Sequence record: SRR2962707_2065
Strand: one strand, 5' to 3'
DNA: 43,603 nucleotides
Part shown: positions 36,998-43,603 of the stretch, one piece after another
How positions within the stretch are numbered: the stretch's first letter is position 1
Layout: each line of letters opens with the position of its first letter
Notes under the pieces: generated by a model
Seen by the model: only the letters and a program-made list of their open reading frames with translations
Told to the model about the DNA's origin: nothing
Databases searched by the model: none
Made by a program: the position numbers and the translations under genes

Positions 36998-37903
36998 TTA
37001 TGCCTGAGGCGCGGCCCATGGGAATTTATGCGCCAACCAAGGCGCAGGTGCAGGTTCACCCCACACATTCATCACGCGAACATTTTCTGGACGTTTTAAT
37101 GCTGTTATGACGTTCGGCTCGTAACGATCATCATCGTGAATGAACGCCATACCGCCAGCACATTCCACCATCGCGCCACAAGCATCGATATAATATGCGT
37201 AAGTATTGTCGCCAGGCCGATGGCGGCCTGGACCCCAAACAAGCATCTTGTCGTGATCATCTAAAATATCACCCAATCGGCAATAATCTGAAAATTCCGC
37301 AACTTCCCATGAATAATGATGCATACCAGTGGGACCGCGCACGATGCCTAAAATATGATGCAAGCGATTACCACCGCGCATCCAACTTAGCCCATCATCC
37401 ACCATTCGTTCTGATAGACGCAAACCCATAATCTGTTCGAGCTGAGTGCGTGTCTCCGCTGGCTCAGGAGACGTGATATTGACATGATCTATCCGCAGCG
37501 GCGCGATGCCTGCGGACACATGCCTGCGATCATAAGTTTCATCCGCAATCGGGGAGTGCACTTCGAACATGTGCCCCTGAGGCGTTACAAAACTCATACC
37601 TGTTTCGCAGCAAGACAAAGATGGCTCGCGTGAAATAAGACGGCAACCGGCGCTCTCAACACGATCTGCTGCCTCGGCCACCGCAGCTTCCGACACGGCA
37701 TCAAAGCCCACAGAGCGCACAGAATTCTCAGTTGATTGATGGATCACAAGCTCAGCTTTACGACCATTACAAGACATCCAAACGGAATCTCCGTCTTCAT
37801 GAGTAACATGCAGACCAAGGACCGAAATTGACTCTTTAACAAGCGCATCAACATCAATCACATTTAACTGCACATGACCAAGTGCGTTTACTAGGTAACT
37901 CAT
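36998..37903 (-). CDS. VOC-family extradiol ring-cleavage dioxygenase (catechol 2,3-dioxygenase-like)
   Basis: Two VOC domains. DHVN, HHYSWE and WGPGRH..GDN.YAYY.D..G..VE supply the His-His-Glu ligands and active-site His/Tyr. Confidence 0.88.
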   Translation of the reverse strand: MSYLVNALGHVQLNVIDVDALVKESISVLGLHVTHEDGDSVWMSCNGRKAELVIHQSTENSVRSVGFDAVSEAAVAEAADRVESAGCRLISREPSLSCCETGMSFVTPQGHMFEVHSPIADETYDRRHVSAGIAPLRIDHVNITSPEPAETRTQLEQIMGLRLSERMVDDGLSWMRGGNRLHHILGIVRGPTGMHHYSWEVAEFSDYCRLGDILDDHDKMLVWGPGRHRPGDNTYAYYIDACGAMVECAGGMAFIHDDDRYEPNVITALKRPENVRVMNVWGEPAPAPWLAHKFPWAAPQA

Positions 37904-37968
37904 CGCATCCCCCCTCTGGAATTCATCATTTAACAGAAACTAGACCAAACTTTCAGTTATTGCAAACA

Positions 37969-37997
37969 TTTTCGAAAATTTCTTTATAGTGGAAAAT
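37969..37997. promoter_or_regulatory. Candidate GntR operator/promoter, copy 1
   Basis: TTTTCGAAAATTTCTTTATAGTGGAAAAT contains the TTTTCGAAAA palindrome and is 24/29 identical to copy 2. It lies upstream of the dioxygenase operon. Confidence 0.7.
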
Positions 37998-38030
37998 TAC
38001 TCAACGGTTGCGCCCCTTTGGACAAATGAT

Positions 38031-38885
38031 TCACAACTCTGACGGCTCAGCCTCAACTGAATTGGACAATTTGCCAATTCCCTCAATTTCCACTTCGACC
38101 ACATCACCTGGCTTAAGGAATTCTTGTGGTCGACGCGTTGAACCAAAGCCCGTGCAAGTACCCGTGACAATAACGTCACCGGGCACAAGCGGCGCAAAAG
38201 TTGATATGTAAGCAATTAAGTAAGGGATATCGAAAATCATTCTGGATGTATCAGTGCGTTGCTTTTCAACACCATTCACTCGTGTGAGCAGCGAATAGCC
38301 TCGATCCGCTAAACGGATATGTTCTGCCTCGACCATCCAAGGGCCAAAAGCGCCAGTACCTTTAAAGTTTTTACCAGGCGTGAATTGATGCGAGTGCCTC
38401 TGCCAATCGCGAACACTCCCATCATTGTAGATGGAATAACCCGCTACATGCGACATCGCCTCATCCTGAGGAATATGCCGACCTCCGAGCCCGATGATAA
38501 CAGCAAGCTCCCCTTCAAAATCAAGAGATTCCGATGAGCGCGGCTGAATCATCGGATCGCCGTGAGCGATCTGAGAAGAAGGGAGACGCAAAAACAACAC
38601 AGGATATTTTGGGGCCTTGGCTGGATCATCCCCAACCTCATGGTAGTTTAGAGCCGCCATGATAATTTTATCTGGATTTGGCACTACCGGCAACAATTTC
38701 ACTTCATCAAATTCATAGTCGACGACCGACAAATCCTCTAATAAATCCCTCGGAGCGCCAGCAGAAAGATAAGACCTAAGATCGGGGAAAACAAATCCAG
38801 ATCGGGATCCTAAATCAATTACGCCGTTATCCAGAACGATACCCCACGATGCGCGTTTATCTTTTTCAAAGGAAATAAATTTCAT
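38031..38885 (-). CDS. Fumarylacetoacetate hydrolase (FAH) family protein
   Basis: LDFEGELAVIIG, NDGSVRDWQ, GKNF..TGAFGPW and PGDVIVTGT. ATG 38885 after AGGAAGAG. Confidence 0.93.
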   Translation of the reverse strand: MKFISFEKDKRASWGIVLDNGVIDLGSRSGFVFPDLRSYLSAGAPRDLLEDLSVVDYEFDEVKLLPVVPNPDKIIMAALNYHEVGDDPAKAPKYPVLFLRLPSSQIAHGDPMIQPRSSESLDFEGELAVIIGLGGRHIPQDEAMSHVAGYSIYNDGSVRDWQRHSHQFTPGKNFKGTGAFGPWMVEAEHIRLADRGYSLLTRVNGVEKQRTDTSRMIFDIPYLIAYISTFAPLVPGDVIVTGTCTGFGSTRRPQEFLKPGDVVEVEIEGIGKLSNSVEAEPSEL

Positions 38886-38900
38886 TCGCAACTCTTCCTG

Positions 38901-38929
38901 TTTTCGAAAATATGTCTATATTAGAAAAT
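38901..38929. promoter_or_regulatory. Candidate GntR operator/promoter, copy 2
   Basis: TTTTCGAAAATATGTCTATATTAGAAAAT, in the divergent region between the FAH gene and gntR. Confidence 0.7.
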
Positions 38930-39054
38930 ATTAGCTGTGAAGGAATTTCTTTGACCTTTAGGTATCAACAGTGTCTTTGGAGTATTCAGAACCATCAGAT
39001 TGACAAAAATAGCTATCTAGAAGTGCTTTAGCCGCTAGAAAAACGGAGCATACC

Positions 39055-39753
39055 TTGAACAAGGCCCTTGAAATGCGAAGCCAAAAACAAGCAAAATCTG
39101 GAGACGCGTCTTCTAGTCAGGACGTTTTGACTCGATTACGCACAGATATTGTCAGCAGCGTTTTTGAACCAGATACACGGCTAAAATTTGCTGACATGAC
39201 AGAACGTTATGATGTTGGTGTTGGCACCTTAAGAGAAGCCTTATCACAGCTGGTATCTGAGGGGTTTGTTGTCGTTGAAGCTGGAAAAGGCTTTAAAGTT
39301 GCGCCAGTTTCAGCCTCAGAGCTAATCGAAATTACCGAGCATTTCATTGACCTTGAAAAAAGAGCTGTACGAAATGCTATCGAAAATGGCGGTGACGATT
39401 GGGAAGCCAATATTGTGGCGGCTCATCACCGGCTGAGCTTAATCGAAAGCCTTCCTTGGGACGATCGAATGAAACGGCATGCTGAATGGGTCCATCGCCA
39501 TAGGGAGTTTCACGAAGCAATCGTGGCTGCATGCACTGGGCCGTGGCTTTTGAGACTTCGCTCTATGATGTTCGATCAACTCGACCGCTATCGCTTTGTA
39601 ACTAAAAGGACACCTCAAGGTCTTGGTGGTAGGAAATTCGAGGAACACCGCGAAATCATGACCGCTACCCTCGAGCGAAAAGCTGATCTAGCATCAGAAC
39701 TCATCGAAATTCACAATCGTGACACTTCGGCGCGCGCGCTAGAATTGCTTTAA
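39055..39753 (+). CDS. GntR-family regulator with FCD domain
   Basis: wHTH LREALSQLVSEG..GKGF, and FCD motifs HREFH and EHREI. Confidence 0.93.
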   Translation: MNKALEMRSQKQAKSGDASSSQDVLTRLRTDIVSSVFEPDTRLKFADMTERYDVGVGTLREALSQLVSEGFVVVEAGKGFKVAPVSASELIEITEHFIDLEKRAVRNAIENGGDDWEANIVAAHHRLSLIESLPWDDRMKRHAEWVHRHREFHEAIVAACTGPWLLRLRSMMFDQLDRYRFVTKRTPQGLGGRKFEEHREIMTATLERKADLASELIEIHNRDTSARALELL

Positions 39754-39969
39754 CTCCTCTGCAAAGTCAAAAACACGTATGAGGCAAACGCTGGAGAGAT
39801 GATGTGAAAGGCCAATACCGGTGAGATTAAAGGTTGTCGCCGAGAAGCAGTGATTTGAAAGAAGTGGTATTGTCATCCAAACTATCCTATAATTTATCAG
39901 CCAAACCTCGCAAATGATCACTGGCTGATGCATAAGGTTCAATTACAAAAATTCGACTACGAGCTGAAT

Positions 39970-41631
39970 CTAGTCATCTTTTACAAATTTCCCAGAATTT
40001 AATAATGCAGAAAGCTTCTCAACTAGAACGCTGGGATCGTCGTTCGTCCTCTTGAAGTCGGCCTTTTTGATCAACCTTTCCTGTTCTTCCAAAGTCATCT
40101 TCATATAGCCTTCGACGGTTATCTTTGGATTGGCATGACCCAAATTTCTACTCCATGCCAATGCCTCAGGAAAGGAGAGTCCCAATTCCATTATGAGGTG
40201 CCCAATTGTATGGCGAACCGAATGAGGGGTATATGGTGGATGCCCTGACATTAAGAATGCACGCGTAAAAATCCGCACAGCCGCTTGACTATCTGCCCAA
40301 TGGCGCTTTTGGACTTCCTTTTGTCCAAAATGCCTTTTGCCCAACTTGTTGGGACCGGTCCGCGGGAAGAGCGGATCACAATCACTGAAATGCAATTCAG
40401 ACCGTAAATACCGCTCCCATTCTACAACGATTTTTGTGAGTTCATCGCTTATTGGCAAAAGATATGTGTGGATGTTCTTACCAAACTTTGTATTGACCTC
40501 ATTACCTGCTTGCCGGAGATACATCCGCGCAACGTCGAGATGTTTCAGTTTTAGCGAAATGCATGCGCCTATCCTAACGCCGGTGAGAGCCAATAATGCA
40601 AGCATGGCCTGATCTCTTCGCTGTAAAACATTATCTAACGGCATAGCCTTGATAACATTTTCCAAATCTTTAAATGACGGAAATTTAGGAGCTGTTTCCA
40701 CGTGTTGAGCCCGACGACGATCGCGATTTGTAACATTCAAGTAATCGACGTCACTAAAACGAATTTTACCGCCAAACTCCGGTTCATCTGCAAGAAATAT
40801 TAAAAACTTTTGCAGAGTCCCCAATTCTGCTATGCGTGACGGAAGGGTTAGATGAGTCATAGAAAGATAAGTCTTGTATTCGATCGCCTGCTCTTTTGAG
40901 AAATCTGCAAAATTGACAAAGTCATATTTTTGCTCATACCGCAGCAGGGCAATTTCATCTTTTCGTATGGACTTCAAATTACGGCCCTTACTATGCTCGA
41001 GGTAATGAAAGAACTCTCTTTTTAGTCGCTCATTATGAGCATTACAGGGTAGAATTGGCTCTGTAACTTGTCGCTTTTTTATCTCATTACAATTCGCACC
41101 ATCGCAGGTCGAAGAATTATCCAAATCACCAACGGGTTCGTTTCCGTCCTTTTGCAACGATTCAATGCCATTATTGGGCACGATACGATTCCTAATGAAT
41201 CTATCTATTTGCCCCAACAAAGCTTTATCAGCACCAGCAATCGCTTTTGCATTTTCGACGGTAATGCCTTGGTTATTCGTTTTACCACAAACGGTGCATT
41301 CGCCATAGAACTGTAGTGCTGAGTTTATGCGTTCAACGAAACGTACACTTTCTCGCAGCGTCGGCTGAGACTTGGTACATTTGAAACAATAGAGTTCTTC
41401 GAGCGCCGTCCGGTGCTTTCTTTTAGCCCAACGTTCATGGTGCCAGTTTCTGAATTCCCAGCCATAAATCAAGATCTCATGATGATTATCAATAGTCGGC
41501 AGACCGCAGTCCAAATAGCCTTCTATCGTGTCCACTGTTTTATCTAATGCATTGGCGAGCTCGCAAAGGGAGTAAGACTTTGTCGGTCTAATTTTGCGTA
41601 GATCTGGTCGCCGTTTTGAATCTTTTGGCAT
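39970..41631 (-). CDS. Tyrosine recombinase with fused N-terminal HTH and Zn-ribbon
   Basis: Catalytic set GVR, TKFGK, HSVRH, LGH and GY. N-terminal SYSLCELANAL...TIEGY..GLP HTH plus CFKC/CTVC. ATG 41631 after GGAG (the ORF track extends to 41721). Confidence 0.85.
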   Translation of the reverse strand: MPKDSKRRPDLRKIRPTKSYSLCELANALDKTVDTIEGYLDCGLPTIDNHHEILIYGWEFRNWHHERWAKRKHRTALEELYCFKCTKSQPTLRESVRFVERINSALQFYGECTVCGKTNNQGITVENAKAIAGADKALLGQIDRFIRNRIVPNNGIESLQKDGNEPVGDLDNSSTCDGANCNEIKKRQVTEPILPCNAHNERLKREFFHYLEHSKGRNLKSIRKDEIALLRYEQKYDFVNFADFSKEQAIEYKTYLSMTHLTLPSRIAELGTLQKFLIFLADEPEFGGKIRFSDVDYLNVTNRDRRRAQHVETAPKFPSFKDLENVIKAMPLDNVLQRRDQAMLALLALTGVRIGACISLKLKHLDVARMYLRQAGNEVNTKFGKNIHTYLLPISDELTKIVVEWERYLRSELHFSDCDPLFPRTGPNKLGKRHFGQKEVQKRHWADSQAAVRIFTRAFLMSGHPPYTPHSVRHTIGHLIMELGLSFPEALAWSRNLGHANPKITVEGYMKMTLEEQERLIKKADFKRTNDDPSVLVEKLSALLNSGKFVKDD

Positions 41632-41735
41632 TTTATGCTCCAAACTTGGATGTAAAGAACTGCCTCCGTCGCGAACGCAACGAAGAGTGGTATCTTCAAA
41701 AATTCTAGCGTCGATCTTCAAGGTGGGACGAATGG

Positions 41736-41826
41736 CCCCCTAAACAAAAAAATCCGCAAGGCGAACCTTCGGGCAAGGGCGCCGGTTAAAATGAGTAAAC
41801 GGTTATGTTTGGGGGATGAAGCGGAT
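41736..41826. other. Candidate structured non-coding element between alpA and the second recombinase
   Basis: Interleaved complementary segments: CCCCC(T)AAACA with TGTTTGGGGG, and ATCCGC with GCGGAT, around a central GGCG..CCTT/AAGG..CGCC hairpin. A T7 tract follows on the minus strand. Confidence 0.4.
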
Positions 41827-41839
41827 AAGGAGGCGTGCA

Positions 41840-42034
41840 TCAGTCTACACCTGCCAAAGCCTCAAAATCCAATAAATCGGGGAGTCTCCAACGGGTGCAG
41901 CCACGACCGAGTTTTACTGGATTAGGGAATTCGGCCCTGTGCGATGTCCATCGCCAAATGGTATTTACGGAAACACCATAGCGTGCGGCGACGTCTTGAA
42001 CTGAGAGGAATAGAGCTTCTTGCAACGTTTTCAT
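41840..42034 (-). CDS. AlpA-family HTH protein (probable excisionase/RDF)
   Basis: FLSVQDVAARYGVSVNTIWRW...FPNPVKLG..TRW. Start is ATG 42034 or 42046. Confidence 0.9.
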   Translation of the reverse strand: MKTLQEALFLSVQDVAARYGVSVNTIWRWTSHRAEFPNPVKLGRGCTRWRLPDLLDFEALAGVD

Positions 42035-42228
42035 GACGAAATCCATAGTGGTCCGTAGACCGGCTATAAGCACGTCATGCGCTAGCAAGGTTTATTGAGT
42101 CACATTTGACCCAAGCGAGTAACAAAGATGACTCTATCGGCTCCGCGAGTCAACAAAGCATCTAAATAAAATTTTCTTGAAAGATAACGGCTTGGCGCAA
42201 GCATCGGCATCATTCAAAAAATCAACAC

Positions 42229-43419
42229 CTAAAAAACTCCATTGCTCTTCAATTCATTCTGCCACTTTTCTAAAGCGATCAGCTTTTCATCAAAATAGGA
42301 ATAGCGATTATAGGTACCGGCAACGCCTTCCACGACATGTCCCAAAACTCTTTCAATGTGCTCTTGAGCCACCGCGAGACGAGCCATATGGGTTGCGACA
42401 GAGCGTCGAATATCGTGCAAGGTCCAATCCTCTACCCCACTAACCTTATCCAACCGCAGCTTCAACTTGCTGAATCCCGATACGGGTTTTATGCCGCCAT
42501 TTGTTGAGAATAGGAACTCCCCTTTTTCCCAAAACGGTTGAGCTGAAACCAATGTGGCGGCCGCCGTTGAAAGAGGCACTACATGTACTCGTTTAGTTTT
42601 ATAAATTGTGGCCGGTATTTCAAATAAGGTTTGTTCTTTAGAAAGCCAGCTACGTCGCATGCCAGCAATTTCGGAACGCCTTTGTCCCGTAAGGATGAGT
42701 AGCTTTACGATCGGACCGAACGGAAAGCCGCCTTGGTCTGCAGCTAGCCAGATTTTCTTGATTTCATCAATTTCAAGAACTCGCTCTCGCGGAATGTAGG
42801 CTAACTCAGGCCGCCTCATGCCAGCCATTGGACTTGCGGGTAGCATCCCTCTGTCTACGGCCCAATTAAAAAACTTCGAAAGTTTACGTCTCAGCTCACT
42901 TGCGTAGCTCTCACCTCTGTCCTTTATCAACAAATCAATAAGTTCGTGGACGTCCGATCTCCCGATTTCACGAATATCACGTTGATGCCAACCGTACTTT
43001 AAGGGACACTCCAAAAGACGAGCCGTATTGCGCCAGTTCTTCGTATTCGGCCTAGCATAAAGTTCCACGTAGCGTTCCAGAACTTCATTGTAGCGATTTT
43101 TATTGCGTAAGACAGCTTCATCTTGCCTGCTCGAGCTGGGATCAATACCCAAATCAACAAGTTGCTTAGCTTTACGATGAGCGGCTCTCGCGCTTTTCAA
43201 ATCCATAAATGGATAAGCTCCAAGCGTGTACCGCTTTAAACTGCCTGTCTTACCGTCCAAACCAGCACCAGCAACGCGGTACAACATGGACCACGTCTTC
43301 TTACCCTTCTGCGTAACGCGAAGAACTAACCCGGGAGACAGCTCATCAAAGATATCTAAGCGGCCCACAGTCGGGGATGCGAGTTTTTGGATTGATAATT
43401 CAGTAAGTCGTTTTTTCAT
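42229..43419 (-). CDS. P4-like tyrosine integrase with N-terminal arm-binding domain
   Basis: GLVLRV..GKKTW..YR...TLGAYP arm domain. Catalytic TGQRRSE, HDIRRS, VLGH and TY. ATG at 43419, adjacent to the tRNA att. Confidence 0.95.
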   Translation of the reverse strand: MKKRLTELSIQKLASPTVGRLDIFDELSPGLVLRVTQKGKKTWSMLYRVAGAGLDGKTGSLKRYTLGAYPFMDLKSARAAHRKAKQLVDLGIDPSSSRQDEAVLRNKNRYNEVLERYVELYARPNTKNWRNTARLLECPLKYGWHQRDIREIGRSDVHELIDLLIKDRGESYASELRRKLSKFFNWAVDRGMLPASPMAGMRRPELAYIPRERVLEIDEIKKIWLAADQGGFPFGPIVKLLILTGQRRSEIAGMRRSWLSKEQTLFEIPATIYKTKRVHVVPLSTAAATLVSAQPFWEKGEFLFSTNGGIKPVSGFSKLKLRLDKVSGVEDWTLHDIRRSVATHMARLAVAQEHIERVLGHVVEGVAGTYNRYSYFDEKLIALEKWQNELKSNGVF

Positions 43420-43441
43420 CTGGGGTAACACTGGGGTAACA
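43420..43441. repeat. Tandem 11-bp direct repeat, probable integrase arm-type binding sites
   Basis: CTGGGGTAACA twice, abutting the integrase ATG and about 125 bp from the att core. Confidence 0.75.
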
Positions 43442-43564
43442 AAACCCTGTTATATTCAGTGTTACTAGATAAAACAAGATGAAACAGAATTTGGCCCCAA
43501 CCAACTGTTTTAAAATGCTTTTTAAGCAAATAATTATGCTATTTGATACACCCTGAAACAATAT

Positions 43565-43603
43565 AGCACTCCCTTGGTAAGGGAGAGGCCGAGAGTTCAA
43601 ATC
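43565..43603 (+). tRNA. 3' fragment of tRNA-Thr(GGT), the attachment-site duplicate (not an intact tRNA)
   Basis: Anticodon arm CTCCC-TT-GGT-AA-GGGAG, variable loop AGGCC and T-arm GAGAG-TTCAAAT-C. The upstream sequence lacks an acceptor stem and D-arm. Confidence 0.88.

Larger units (their letters stand above)
1..43603. mobile_element. Genomic island integrated at tRNA-Thr(GGT); the left end probably lies outside the window
   Basis: att fragment, integrase, arm repeats and AlpA at the right end. Only accessory genes and pseudogenes inside, with no housekeeping gene and no second att copy seen. Confidence 0.75.

Noticed and set aside
41755-41800. Resemblance to a c-di-GMP-I riboswitch (AAGGCGAACC...GGGCGC) or a MOBQ-type oriT (AAGGGCGC)
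   Set aside because: It lacks the GAAA tetraloop and GCAAAG elements of the riboswitch and the full TAAGTGCGCCCT nick motif, and no relaxase is in view. Kept only as an unassigned structured element.
43400-43600. 66-aa ORF MNSRPLPYQGSA...
   Set aside because: It is an antisense translation of the tRNA fragment and att region.
43530-43603. Intact tRNA-Thr gene
   Set aside because: Sequence upstream of 43565 cannot form the acceptor stem or D-arm. Only the 3' part is present, as expected for an att duplicate.
1-43603. CRISPR array, integron attC array or prophage
   Set aside because: I saw no regularly spaced repeats, no recurring attC-like sites between the left-hand genes and no phage structural genes.

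Overview
This window looks like the right-hand part of an alphaproteobacterial-type genomic island integrated at a tRNA-Thr(GGT) gene. It ends in a 3' tRNA-Thr fragment (att site, 43565-43603), next to a P4-like tyrosine integrase with tandem arm-type repeats, an AlpA-like excisionase, and a second tyrosine recombinase carrying an unusual N-terminal HTH plus Zn-ribbon. There are three cargo blocks. (1) About 0.2-11.2 kb is a putative anti-phage hotspot of uncharacterised genes: an RxxxxH HEPN-like protein, a degenerate REase-like protein, a 1263-aa nuclease/degenerate STAND-like protein divergent from a stand-alone trypsin-like protease, a membrane protein and two decayed nuclease-like remnants. 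(2) 11.3-28.7 kb is an IclR-associated catabolic module: Liv-type ABC importer, hydrolase, ALDH, lactonase, beta-hydroxyacid dehydrogenase, tcuAB, TAXI-TRAP transporter and split AtuA-like genes. (3) 29.1-39.8 kb is a GntR-associated ring-cleavage module: extradiol dioxygenase, FAH-family protein, flavin reductase, hydrolase, Ldh_2 dehydrogenase, TctABC, YciI, ALDH and NIPSNAP. A solitary IS3-like terminal repeat lies between the two catabolic modules. I saw no CRISPR array, rRNA, phage structural genes or conjugation genes. All family assignments come from motif recognition by eye, not from database searches.
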